From assembly GCA_951406725.2 (NCBI GenBank), contig OX597817.1:172174001-172238000 (forward strand): 64,000 nt of DNA. Reading direction: 5' to 3'. Source of the DNA: Octopus vulgaris (Eukaryota). The position numbers and the translations under genes are program-made. Numbering within the stretch: the first letter of the stretch is position 1; each line of letters begins with the position of its first letter. The notes under the pieces are model-generated. The model had not been told where the DNA came from, did no database searches, and saw only the letters and a list, made by a program, of their open reading frames with translations. Shown one piece after another: positions 28,903 through 42,040 of the stretch.

Positions 28903-29065
28903 GGCGCAGGAGTGGCTGTGTGGTAAGTAGCTTGTTTATCAACCACATGGTTCCGGGTTCAGTCCCACTGCATGGCATCTTGGGCATGTGTCTTCTACTA
29001 TAGCCCCAGTCCGACCAATGCCTTGTGAGTGGATTTGGTAGACGGAAACTGAAAGAAGCCTGTCG

Positions 29066-29129
<64 letters not shown>

Positions 29130-29338
29130 TGTGTCTGTGTTTGTTCCCCTAGCATTGCTTGACAACCGATGCTGATGTGTTTATGTCCCCGTTACTTAGC
29201 GGTTCGGCAAAAGAGACCGATAGAATAAGTACTGGGTTTACAAAAAGAATAAGTCCCGGGGTCGAGTTGCTCGACTAAAGGCGGTGCTCCAGCATGGCCG
29301 CAGTCAAATGACTGAAACAAGTAAAAGAGTAAAAGAGA
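28903..29338 (+). mobile_element. family B SINE, full length (tRNA head, CORE-like centre, internal TA/GT microsatellite, TAAAAGAG tail)
   Basis: GGCGCAGGAGTGGCTGTGTGGTAAG...GGTTCAGTCCC...TCTTGGGCATGTGTCTT...GAAACAAGTAAAAGAGTAAAAGAG. Confidence 0.9.
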
Positions 29339-30302
29339 GTAACCTAACAAGAATTACTCGTCAAATATGTCAGGTGACTTCGCTCAACTACGGACATGAG
29401 CACTTCGCTGGATCGCTTGTCAGTTACGTCTGGCGATTTCCCTTTACGACGGGCAAGAGCACTTCGCCAGATGTAACTGATCGTATTTCTAGCGCTTCGG
29501 TAATTATATAGAATAAATTTCCTAAAACTACATGTCCAAATCAGGGTGCATCTTCCACAATACAGCGTCTCCCCTGCAGTAAAATGCAGTTACTGATTTT
29601 GAAAGAATACAATGGAATTAGATCAGTGCTTAGGTCGCAAAACGGCAGTGAAACGTTTTGAAACTTCCTAATAGAACGTTCTGTTGGGAAATAAGTAAAA
29701 AGTTAATAAAATATAAAAAGATTATTATATCTGTTCTTAAATGTTTTAAAATGACTTCCCCGGGTTTAACAAACAGTCTGAGATCAAATTACTTGCCAAA
29801 AAAGAAATTCTAAATTATTTTAACAATCTCAATTTTTCGTTCAATTAGTGATCTTTTAATTAAAAATCAGAATATTAAAAAACGTAAACACACACACACA
29901 CAGACACACGCATATATGTAAAAGAAACAATAAGATAGTTTTTTTTTGTTTTGTTTGTAATTTTATTTTTCATTTCAACACAACTTTAAGATGGAAAATA
30001 TTTTCTTCGTCCGCTGAGATCTAATTAAGATCTATTGGATGTGTTAATTCTAAATAATTAGATGGTAACTAAGGTAACGTTTGCTGAAATGTAAGAATAT
30101 ATCGAGCTAGTTTCGCTTCAGTAATTTAGCAGTTTAATTAATGCAAAGCCGATGTAATAACTAATGCCTTTTAATTAACATACGAATGCTTATATCGATC
30201 GCAGGTCTCGTCGGTCGTACAATTGAAAAAGAAATATGCAATCGTCTTTCTGAAAGTGATGAGAACTAACATGGTGGTGGCAGTGGTAGTAGTAGTAGTA
30301 GC

Positions 30303-30337
<35 letters not shown>

Positions 30338-30744
30338 CAGCAGCAGCAGTAGTAGTAGTAGTAGTAGTAGTAGGAGTAGTTGTTGTTGTTGTTGTTGCTG
30401 TTGTGTAGCAGCTGCAGCAGCAGCGGTAGTTGCTGATTTGGGAGTGAAGGTTTACTTTGTAGAAGGAAAATAATTATATTGCACAATAGAAGAGAATCGT
30501 TTAAACATAGGTACACTCAGCCTTGGATAAAAGGCTTCGCAATAAGTAACTAAATAAATAAATGGCGGATGAAGGACAAAGAGAGTAGAAATGGAACCGA
30601 ACGTTTAATTAGGAGTCTGAGAGACAGAAGCAGAAACTCATAAATGCGGCTCTGGTGATATAAGAGATGAGTGAATTGGCCGCTGGAGAAATGGGACAAC
30701 AGAAATAAATCAATACATTTCAGAAGGAAAAAAATGAAAAAATA

Positions 30745-31120
30745 TCTTTTATCTTTTACTTGTTTGAAGTCATTAGACTATGGCTAAACTGGGGCATTGC
30801 CTTGAACGATTTTTTTTTAGTCGAATGAATCGACCTCTAATACTTATTTTTTGTTAAGCCTGGTACTTATTCTATCTGTCTCATTTACCGAACCGCCAAG
30901 TTACGGGGACGTAAACACCCCAACAATGGTTGTCATACACAAACTCACACACACGCATATATACGAACGGCTTCTCTCAGTTCCCGTCTACCAAATCCTC
31001 TCACAAGGCTTTGGTCGGCGCGAGACTATAGCAGAAGACATTTGTCCAAAGTGCTACGCAGTGGGACTGAACTCGGAACCATCTGGTTGGGAAGCAAGCT
31101 TCTTACCACACAGCCACGCC
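30745..31120 (-). mobile_element. diverged family B SINE
   Basis: Tail CTTTTACTTGTTT and head CTTACCACACAGCCACGCC. Confidence 0.8.
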
Positions 31121-31198
31121 CGTACATATCATATGTATGTGATACCTTCATAACAGTTTCTGATTTACGTCAAAAGCCAGTTGTTTTGAGATGATGGA

Positions 31199-34100
31199 GT
31201 AAGCCATCGTCGACCTAGTACATGGATAAGCCATCATCGACCTAGTACATGGATAAGCCATCATCGACCTAGTACATGGATAAGCCATCATCGACCTAGT
31301 ACATGGGCAAGCCATCATCGACCTAGTACATGGATAAGCCATCATCGACCTAGTACATGGATAAGCCATCATCGACCTAGTACATGGATAAGCCATCATC
31401 GACCTAGTACATGGATAAGCCATCATCGACCTAGTACATGGATAAGCCATCATCGACCTAGTACATGGATAAGCCATCATCGATCTAGTACATGGATAAG
31501 CCATCATCGACCTAGTACATGGATAAGCCATCATCGACCTAGTACATGGATAAGCCATCATCGACCTAGTACATGGATAAGCCATCATCGACCTAGTACA
31601 TGGATAAGCCATCATCGACCTAGTACATGGGCAAGCCATCATCGACCTAGTACATGGATAAGCCATCATCGACCTAGTACATGGACAAGCCATCATCGAC
31701 CTAGTACATGGATAAGCCATCATCGACCTAGTACATGGATAAGCCATCATCGACCTAGTACATGGATAAGCCATCATCGACCTAGTACATGGATAAGCCA
31801 TCATCGACCTAGTACATGGATAAGCCATCATCGACCTAGTACATGGATAAGCCATCATCGACCTAGTACATGGATAAGCCATCATCGACCTAGTACATGG
31901 ATAAGCCATCATCGACCTAGTACATGGATAAGCCATCATCGACCTAGTACATGGATAAGCCATCATCGACCTAGTACATGGATAAGCCATCATCGACCTA
32001 GTACATGGGCAAGCCATCATCGACCTAGTACATGACCTAGTACATGGATAAGCCATCATCGACCTAGTACATGGATAAGCCATCATCGACCTAGTACATG
32101 GAAGCCATCATCGACCTAGTACATGGATAAGCCATCATCGACCTAGTACATGGATAAGCCATCATCGACCTAGTACATGGGCAAGCCATCATCGACCTAG
32201 TACATGGATAAGCCATCATCGACCTAGTACATGGATAAGCCATCATCGACCTAGTACATGGATAAGCCATCATCGACCTAGTACATGGATAAGCCATCAT
32301 CGACTAGACCTAGTACATGGATAAGCCATCATCGACCTAGTACATGGATAAGCCATCATCGACCTAGTACATGGATAAGCCATCATCGACCTAGTACATG
32401 GATAAGCCATCATCGACCTAGTACATGTATAAGCCATCATCGACCTAGTACATGGATAAGCCATCATCGACCTAGTACATGGATAAGCCATCATCGACCT
32501 AGTACATGGATAAGCCATCATCGACCTAGTACATGGGCAAGCCATCATCGACCTAGTACATGGATAAGCCATCATCGACCTAGTACATGGGCAAGCCATC
32601 ATCGTGACCTAGTACATGGATAAGCCATCATCGACCTAGTACATGGGCAAGCCATCATCGACCTAGTACATGGATAAGCCATCATCGACCTAGTACATGG
32701 ATAAGCCATCATCGACCTAGTACATGGATAAGCCATCATCGACCTAGTACATGGATAAGCCATCATCGACCTAGTACATGGATAAGCCATCATCGACCTA
32801 GTACATGGATAAGCCATCATCGACCTAGTACATGGATAAGCCATCATCGACCTAGTACATGGATAAGCCATCATCGACCTAGTACATGGATAAGCCATCA
32901 TCGACCTAGTACATGGATAAGCCATCATCGACCTAGTACATGGATAAGCCATCATCGACCTAGTACATGGAAGCCATCATCGACCTAGTACATGGATAAG
33001 CCATCATCGACCTAGTACATGGATAAGCCATCATCGACCTAGTACATGGATAAGCCATCATCGACCTAGTACATGGATAAGCCATCATCGACCTAGTACA
33101 TGGATAAGCCATCATCGACCTAGTACATGGATAAGCCATCATCGACCTAGTACATGGATAAGCCATCATCGACCTAGTACATGGATAAGCCATCATCGAC
33201 CTAGTACATGGATAAGCCATCATCGACCTAGTACATGGATAAGCCATCATCGACCTAGTACATGGATAAGCCATCATCGACCTAGTACATGGATAAGCCA
33301 TCATCGACCTAGTACATGGATAAGCCATCATCGACCTAGTACATGGATAAGCCATCATCGACCTAGTACATGGATAAGCCATCATCGACCTAGTACATGG
33401 ATAAGCCATCATCGACCTAGTACATGGATAAGCCATCATCGACCTAGTACATGGATAAGCCATCATCGACCTAGTACATGGATAAGCCATCATCGACCTA
33501 GTACATGGATAAGCCATCATCGACCTAGTACATGGATAAGCCATCATCGACCTAGTACATGGGCAAGCCATCATCGACCTAGTACATGGATAAGCCATCA
33601 TCGACCTAGTACATGGATAAGCCATCATCGACCTAGTACATGGATAAGCCATCATCGACCTAGTACATGGATAAGCCATCATCGACCTAGTACATGGATA
33701 AGCCATCATCGACCTAGTACATGGATAAGCCATCATCGACCTAGTACATGGGCCATCATCGACCTAGTACATCGACCTAGTACATGGATAAGCCATCATC
33801 GACCTAGTACATGGATAAGCCATCATCGACCTAGTACATGGATAAGCCATCATCGACCTAGTACATGGATAAGCCATCATCGACCTAGTACATGGATAAG
33901 CCATCATCGACCTAGTACATGGATAAGCCATCATCGACCTAGTACATGGATAAGCCATCATCGACCTAGTACATGGATAAGCCATCATCGACCTAGTACA
34001 TGGAGCATATGACAGCATATCATCGACCTAGTACATGGATAAGCCATCATCGACCTAGTACATGGATAAGCCATCATCGACCTAGTACATGGATAAGCCA

Positions 34101-37100
34101 TCATCGACCTAGTACATGGACCATCATCGACCTACATGGATAAGCCATCATCGACCTAGTACATGGATAAGCCATCATCGACCTAGTACATGGATAAGCC
34201 ATCATCGACCTAGTACATGGATAAGCCATCATCGACCTAGTACATGGATAAGCCATCATCGACCTACATGGATAAGCCATCATCGACCTAGTACATGGAT
34301 AAGCCATCATCGACCTAGTACATGGATAAGCCATCATCGACCTAGTACATGGATAAGCCATCATCGACTAGTACATGGATAAGCCATCATCGACCTAGTA
34401 CATGGATAAGCCATCATCGACCTAGTACATGGATAAGCATCATCGACTAGCATGGATAAGCATCATCGACCTAGTACATGGATAAGCCATCATCGACCTA
34501 GTACATGGATAAGCCATCATCGACCTAGTACATGGATAAGCCATCATCGACCTAGTACATGGATAAGCCATCATCGACCTAGTACATGGGCAAGCCATCA
34601 TCGACCTAGTACATGGATAAGCCATCATCGACCTAGTACATGGATAAGCCATCATCGACCTAGTACATGGATAAGCCATCATCGACCTAGTACATGGATC
34701 AAGCCATCATCGACCTAGTACATGGATAAGCCATCATCGACCTAGTACATGGATAAGCCATCATCGACCTAGTACATGGATAAGCCATCATCGACCTAGT
34801 ACATGGATAAGCCATCATCGACCTAGTACATGGATAAGCCATCATCGTACATGGATAAGCCATCATCGACCTAGTACATGGATAAGCCATCATCGACCTA
34901 GTACATGGATAAGCCATCATCGACCTAGTACATGGATAAGCCATCATCGACCTAGTACATGGATAAGCCATCATCGACCTAGTACATGGATAAGCCATCA
35001 TCGACCTAGTACATGGATAAGCCATCATCGACCTAGTACATGGATAAGCCATCATCGCCTAGTACATGGATAAGCATCATCGACCTAGTACATGGATAAG
35101 CCATCATCGACCTAGTACATGGATAAGCCATCATCGACCTAGTACATGGATAAGCCATCATCGACCTAGTACATGGATAAGCCATCATCGACCTAGTACA
35201 TGGATAAGCCATCATCGACCTAGTACATGGATAAGCCATCATCGACCTAGTACATGGATAAGCCATCATCGACCTAGTACATGGATAAGCCATCATCGAC
35301 CTAGTACATGGATAAGCCATCATCGACCTAGTACATATGGATAAGCCATCATCGACCTAGTACATGGATAAGCCATCATCGACCTAGTACATGGATAAGC
35401 CATCATCGACCTAGTACATGGATAAGCCATCATCGACCTAGTACATGGATAAGCCATCATCGACCTAGTACATGGATAAGCCATCATCGACCTAGTACAT
35501 GGATAAGCCATCATCGACCTAGTACATGGATAAGCCATCATCGACCTAGTACATGGATAAGCCATCATCGACCTTAGCCATCATCATCGACCATAGTACA
35601 TGGATAAGCCATCATCGACCTAGTACATGGATAAGCCATCATCGACCTAGTACATGGATAAGCCATCATCGACCTAGTACATGGATAAGCCATCATCGTA
35701 CATGGAAGCCATCTGGAGTACATGGATAAGCCATCATCGACCTAGTACATGGATAAGCCATCATCGACCTAGTACATGGATAAGCCATCATCGACCTAGT
35801 ACATGGATAAGCCATCATCGACCTAGTACATGGATAAGCCATCATCGACCTAGTACATGGATAAGCCATCATCGACCTAGTACATGGATAAGCCATCATC
35901 GACCTAGTACATGGATAAGCCATCATCGACCTAGTACATGGATAAGCCATCATCGACCTAGTACATGGATAAGCCATCATCGACCATCATCGACCTAGTA
36001 CATGGATAAGCCATCATCGACCTAGTACATGGATACATCATCGACCTAGTACATGGCAAGCCATCATCGACCTAGTACATGGATAAGCCATCATCGACCT
36101 AGTACATGGCAAGCCATCATCGTCCTAGTACATGGATAAGCCATCATCGACCTAGTACATGGATAAGCCATCATCGACCTAGTACATGGATAAGCCATCA
36201 TCGACCTATACATGGGCAAGCCATCATCGACCTAGTACATGGATAAGCCATCATCGACCTAGTACATGGATAAGCCATCATCGACCTAGTACATGGATAA
36301 GCCATCATCGACCTAGTACATGGATAAGCCATCATCGACCTAGTACATGGATAAGCCATCATCGACCTAGTACATGGATAAGCCATCATCGACCTAGTAC
36401 ATGGATAAGCCATCATCGACCTAGTACATGGATAAGCCATCATCGACCTAGTACATGGATAAGCCATCATCGACCTAGTACATGGATAAGCCATAAGCCA
36501 TCATCGACCTAGTACATGGATAAGCCATCATCGACCTAGTACATGGATAAGCCATCATCGATCTAGTACATGGATAAGCCATCATCGACCTAGTACATGG
36601 GCAAGCCATCATCGACCTAGTACATGGATAAGCCATCATCGATCTAGTACATGGATAAGCCATCATCGACCTAGTACATGGATAAGCCATCATCGACCTA
36701 GTACATGGATAAGCCATCATCGACCTAGTACATGGATAATCCATCATCGACCTAGTACATGGATAAGCCATCATCGATCTAGTACATGGATAAGCCATCA
36801 TCGATCTAGTACATGGATAAGCCATCATCGACCTAGTACATGGATAAGCCATCATCGACCTAGTACATGGATAAGCCATCATCGACCTAGTACATGGATA
36901 AGCCATCATCGACCTAGTACATGGATAAGCCATCATCGACCTAGTACATGGGCAAGCCATCATCGACCTAGTACATGGATAAGCCATCATCGACCTAGTA
37001 CATGGATAAGCCATCATCGACCTAGTACATGAATAAGCCATCATCGACCTAGTACATGGATAAGCCATCATCGACCTAGTACATGGATAAGCCATCATCG

Positions 37101-37178
37101 ACCTAGTACATGGATAAGCCATCATCGACCTAATACATGGGCAAGCCATCATCGACCTAGTACATGGATAAGCCATCA
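31199..37178. repeat. ~6-kb tandem satellite, 27-bp unit GCCATCATCGACCTAGTACATGGATAA (~220 copies)
   Basis: Read directly. A recurrent variant ATGGGCAAG is present, and indels concentrate in the middle of the array. Confidence 0.98.
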
Positions 37179-37325
37179 CAGACCCTAGTATATGACTGGA
37201 GCTTTATTTTATCCGTCCCGAAAGAATGAGAAGCAGCGTTGATCATTTCGGAATTTGAATTCGGAATGTAAAAAGCCAGAGAAATACGGCAAGCCATTTT
37301 GTTCGTCGCGCTAACGATTCTAATA

Positions 37326-37658
37326 ACCTGCAAAGACCCCTTCTGTCACGAATTAGCATTGGATTGTACCTAGAAAGTATCCCTCCGAGGCACAAGTCTA
37401 GACAACGTTGTTTATGGAAGACCAGCAGTCACCTACGCATACCAACCTCCCGTCTCCACGCCACTGATGTTGTCCAAAGGAAAGGCAAAGGCCGATACAG
37501 CTTGGCACCAGTGACGTCTCAATTCATTACAGCTGAGTGAACTGGAGCAACGTGAAATAAAGTGTCTTACTCAAGAACACACCACACTTCCTGTCTCAGG
37601 AATCAAACTTACAACCGCACGATCGTAAGCCTGAGGCTCTAACCACTGAGCCATGAGC
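37326..37658 (-). mobile_element. SINE with head 2/CORE-like centre and a third tail type, inserted in a family C head
   Basis: Minus-strand head GGCTCATGGCTCAGTGGTTAGAG and TTGAGTAAGACACTTTATTTCACGTTGCTCCAG. 15-bp TSD CTAACGATTCTAATA at 37311 and 37659. Confidence 0.8.
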
Positions 37659-37744
37659 CTAACGATTCTAATATCCTACCTCCCGAATAATAATTCTTTC
37701 TACTGTAGACACTGACAATTCTACATCGTCACCTTAATAATAAT

Positions 37745-37983
37745 AATGATTTCAAAGTTTTGCCACAAGGGCAGCTTGGAGGAGGGGATTAAGTCGATTA
37801 CATCGACCCCAGTTTCACTGGTACTTAATTTATCGATCCCGAAAGGAGGAGAAGCAAAGTCGACTTCGGCGGATTTTGAACTCAGAACGTAGCGGCAGAC
37901 GAAATACTGCTAAGCACTCCGTCCACCATGCTAACGATTCTGCCAGATCACCTTAATAATAATGATAATAATAATAATAATAA

Positions 37984-38014
<31 letters not shown>

Positions 38015-38378
38015 AAGAAGAAGAAGAAGAAGAAGAAGAAAAGAAGAAGAAGAAAGAAGAAAGAAGAAGAAAGAAGAAAGAAGAAGAAGAAGAAGAAGAA
38101 GAAGAAGAAGAAGAAGAAGAAGAAGATGAAGAAGAAGAAGAAGAAGAAGAAGAAGAAGAAGAAGAAGAAGAAGAAGAAGAAGAAGAAGACTTTCTACAAT
38201 AGGCACAAGGCCTGAAATTTGGTGGGAGGGAGCCAGTACGTAACTGGTACTTAATTTATCGACCCCGAAAGGATGAAAAGCAAAGTCTGCCTCGGCGGAA
38301 TTTGAACTCAGAATGAAGCGACGGGCGAACTACTGCTAAGCATTCCGTCCAGCGTGCTAATGATTCTTGTAGCTCACC

Positions 38379-38380
<2 letters not shown>
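37745..38380 (-). mobile_element. two family C SINEs separated by an (AAT)n(AAG)n microsatellite (37955-38187)
   Basis: Cores TTTATCGA-CCCGAAAGG and B box TTGAACTCAGAA at ~37830 and ~38257. Confidence 0.85.
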
Positions 38381-38423
<43 letters not shown>

Positions 38424-38427
38424 TAAT

Positions 38428-38840
38428 ATGAGTGGCTGTGTGGTAAGTAGCTTTCTTACGAACCATATGGTTCCAGGTTCAGTCCCACTGCGTGGTACCT
38501 TGGGCAAGTATCTTCTACTATAGCCTCGGGCCGACCAAAACCTTGTGAGTGGATTTGGTAGACGGAAAACTGAGAGAAGCCCGTCGTATATATGTATATA
38601 TATATATATGTATATGTGTATGTTTGTGTGTCTGTGCTTGTCCCACGAACATCGCTTGACAACAGATGCTGGTGTGTTTACGTCTCCGTAACTAAGCGGT
38701 TCGGCACAAAGAAACCGATAGAATAAGTACTAGGCTTACAAAGAATAAGTCCTGGGGTCGATTTGCTTGACTAAAGGCGGTGCTCCAGCATGGCCGCAGT
38801 CAAATGACTGAAACAACTAAAAGAATAAAAGAATAAAAGA
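38428..38840 (+). mobile_element. family B SINE
   Basis: Complete from GAGTGGCTGTGTGGTAAG to the TAAAAGAATAAAAG tail. Confidence 0.9.
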
Positions 38841-38902
38841 ACTGTTTCAAATTTTGGTCAGAAGTTTTGGGAGGGGCGTTTAACTGATTACATCTACCCG
38901 CT

Positions 38903-39304
38903 TACTCTTTTACTTGTTTCAGTCATTTGACTGCGGCCATGCTGGAGCACCGCCTTTAATCGAGCAACTCAACCCCGGGACTTATTCTTTTGTAAGCCCA
39001 GTACTTATTCTATCGGTCTCTTTTGCCGAACCACTAAGTAACGGGGACATAAACACCCCAGCATCGGTTGTCAAGCAATGCTAGGGGGACAAACACAGAC
39101 ACACAAACACTCACACACACATATATATATATACATATATACGACGGGCTTCTTTCAGTTTCCGTCTACCAAATCCACTCACAAGGCTTTGGTCGGCCCG
39201 AGGTTATAGTAGAAGACACTTGCCCAAGGTGCCACGCAGTGGGACTGAACCCGGAACCATGTGGTTGATAAACAAGCTACTTACCACACAGCCACTCCTG
39301 CGCC
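38903..39304 (-). mobile_element. family B SINE, tail-to-tail with the previous copy, nested in a family C relic
   Basis: Complete reverse copy. C-type sequence is present on both sides (38845-38900 and 39305-39450). Confidence 0.9.
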
Positions 39305-39559
39305 TGATTAGTATTTTATTTTCTATCGACACCGGAAAAATGTAAAGCAAAAATCGAACCCGGCGGAATTTGCACTCAGAATGTAAAAGAGACTGAACAA
39401 ACACTGTTAAGCCCTTTTTTCGACCCTCTAACGATTCGACTATTTCGCCGCCGAAATGATATCAAAATAATGTCGGCAACAGCTTCTCTTTATCTCTGAG
39501 TAGATGTGGAATAAACTAAACACGCAATTCCTATCACATTAAAATATATAACTGATAAT

Positions 39560-40920
39560 CAAAGATGATTTCTATTAGAAAAGGCTAAGCAGTTTTAAGC
39601 CATTGTGTATCAGCTTAACTCTTTGAGACAATTTTTATTCAATAACTCTTATTGATAGGGGATGCATGCAAAGATTTTATTCTAACGATGGAAACACTTC
39701 CAAAATTCGTGTCAGATAAAATAATAGCTTTTGTGAATATGTGTGTTAATATATTTCCTAAATCATGCAAAGGTTTTGGAACACTTGAACTGAAATCTAT
39801 CGCTCTTTTTAACATTTTATCTGGAAATTTCCAGCTCGATTGATTTAAGCTGATAATATTAAGTACTTGTCAGAAGAAAATAGTATTGTATGTAACAGGA
39901 TACGATATTATTACTCTTAAATCTAGAGTTCAGCACCTTACAAACTTTGAATATAATGATTTAACATATTTATTGATTTTGTCTCAAGAAAACTTAATCA
40001 TTTCAGAGTGTTGTAATTTGCTTGAAGCATTGCAATGTGTATAAATGATATAGTTGTTTGCATAAGCCTTTGAGCAATGTAGGTGGGAAGACAGGCAATA
40101 TATGCAAGGTAGTGTCTATAAATGAAAACTAACAGATATTGTATTGCCTAGTATCGTGTTTTATTGATCCTAAAATATTTTAGGAAAGATCCTTCTCTTC
40201 TAATAAAAGAAAATAATTAAAGTGCTCCAAAAATGTGTTGTTACTGGCAAAGGATGATAGTACACTAAAATGGTCTGCTAGTAACAATATATTATTCATT
40301 TTCCTTTGATTACTTTTTCTACTATTTGAAAAAGATAACCTTTCCCGAAATATTATAGGATCACTAAACAACTTTCATAAAGTTTTTTCGTTTGATTGGC
40401 ATCAGCTTAGATATTTTGTCTTTCCTCTCACCTGCGTTGGTCAAAGGTTTATTCAAATATTTACAACTTATAATCATTTTACACATATTCAAAGTAAGTT
40501 TTTATTCCCAAAGTATTCGATTTTCAGTGGCCTGCTCAAGTTCTGTTCAGGCTTATTGTCGTTCTTGTATCATCTTAAAACAAACTTGATCTAAAAGATC
40601 TATAATCAGAAACAATCCGGCAATGACCATACCATTTTTATGTATACCAAAAACTATATTGTTAAATGCATATGACAGGAGGGTGTGGTTTGTAGCAGCT
40701 TTGCTTCCTATTTCTAGCAAGTTGAGCAACTACCTAGAGCTTTCTTACTGGCTCCTTGTTATACATATTTCTTTTTACTTTACACAAAACTCCTGGAATG
40801 ATGAGGCTGGGGTCTGTTTTTAATTTGAATTTGAAACCATTCCCAAAGGCATCAGCATGAAATAATCAGTAAATAGTGTTGTTAGAATATCTAAATTCGC
40901 TAATATCTTCTCATCTTATT
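39560..40920 (-). pseudogene. decayed coding block resembling the N-terminal/middle part of RGSL1/RGS22-like RGS-domain proteins
   Basis: Collinear minus-strand peptides across frameshifts: DEKILANLDILTTLFTDYF, KTDPSLIIPGVLCK, TFLEHFNYFLLLE, IYTHCN, FRKYINTHIHKSYYFI*HEFWKCF, NCLKELS/ADTQWLKTA*. Compared from memory with RGSL1. Confidence 0.35.
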
Positions 40921-41133
40921 TTACAACGTTCACCTTTGCGATTGAATTAAGCTAAAATTCTTCTTTAATATTCATCATGTAAGCAAGATATCGTGGAAAG
41001 AAATAAAATAAAATCCTGCTAAGTCACAAGCCCCATCTCATTTCGATTCGCAGTCTCTTCAGTTTATACTTTGAGAAAGGCATAATCACCGAAACGTTTC
41101 ATTAGTGTTTTCTACGTATTTAGGAAGAATTCA

Positions 41134-41367
41134 TATTTCTTTATTGCCCACAAGGGGCTAAACATAGAGGGGACAAACAAGGACAGACAAAGGGATTAAG
41201 TCGATTTCATCGACCCCAGTGCGTAACTGGTACTTAATTTATCGACCCCGAAAGGATGAAAGACAAAATCGACCTCGGCGGAATTTGAACTCAGAACGTA
41301 ACGGCAGACGAAATACCGCTAACCATTTCGCCCGGCGTGCTAACGGTTCTGCCAGCTCGCCGCCTTT
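41134..41367 (-). mobile_element. family C SINE, full length, young
   Basis: TSD GTATTTA(G/A)GAAGAATTCA at 41116-41133 and 41368-41385. Confidence 0.9.
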
Positions 41368-41859
41368 GTATTTAAGAAGAATTCAGTAATATTGTTCCCT
41401 ACACACAAGCGTCATTTTATTCTCGAAATTACGCAAAGTAAACGCTTAGCCGTCAGTGGCATACTTTTGAAACAAAAGCAAAACCTACTTGTTAAGGATA
41501 ATGATTTATAGAGACAAATTCTTTTTTTATCCCTGTGTCACCTTAAATAGACATTAATCTAGGAGACCTATGATCAGAAATGATCCAGCAGTCGCCGTTT
41601 CATCTTTATCTGCACGAGGGATTACATTGTGAACTGAATTTAATGTGCTAGAATGTGATTTGAGGCAGATTTGACTGCTATTTCTAGCAACAAAAGCTGA
41701 TTCAAATGCCAGAATATTTTTGCATCACTTAATTATGTTACTGATATTGGTAAAAATGGATTTGATCATTGTATAATGGGCGCGATTGTTTGATATTGAC
41801 TATATGAGAGAGATCTCATCAAGCGCTTATCGTATCTGGTTATCAGTTTCACAACTATT

Positions 41860-42040
41860 TGATATATAGATATAGTCAAAATGAACAATAAAATTAACAA
41901 TAACAAACAAGGGGACGGGCATAACGAATGCATTAGTTTGACACTCAATAAAAAGAGAGAGTTTTGGCGTTTCGAACATTGCTCTTCGTCGGAAAGGAGA
42001 AAGTAAAAAGTCCAAAGAGGAAAAGAAATCACCAACAGCA
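41860..42040 (-). mobile_element. Penelope-like short repeat with a degenerate hammerhead motif
   Basis: The minus strand reads CTTT-CCGACGA-A-GAGC-AAT-GTTC-GAAAC-GCC-AAAA (~41962-41997). Downstream layout is similar to the 17715 and 27952 copies. Confidence 0.5.

Noticed and set aside
29340-29590. Possible pogo/Tigger-like transposon end
   Set aside because: Only a faint one-sided resemblance, with no matching left end found.
31148-37179. (MMAYPCTRS)n repeat-protein ORFs, a CRISPR array, or a hammerhead in the 27-bp unit
   Set aside because: This is a pure tandem repeat with no unique spacers and no cas genes, and the frames break often. The minus-strand CGAUGA-UGG..CCA is not followed by GAAA.
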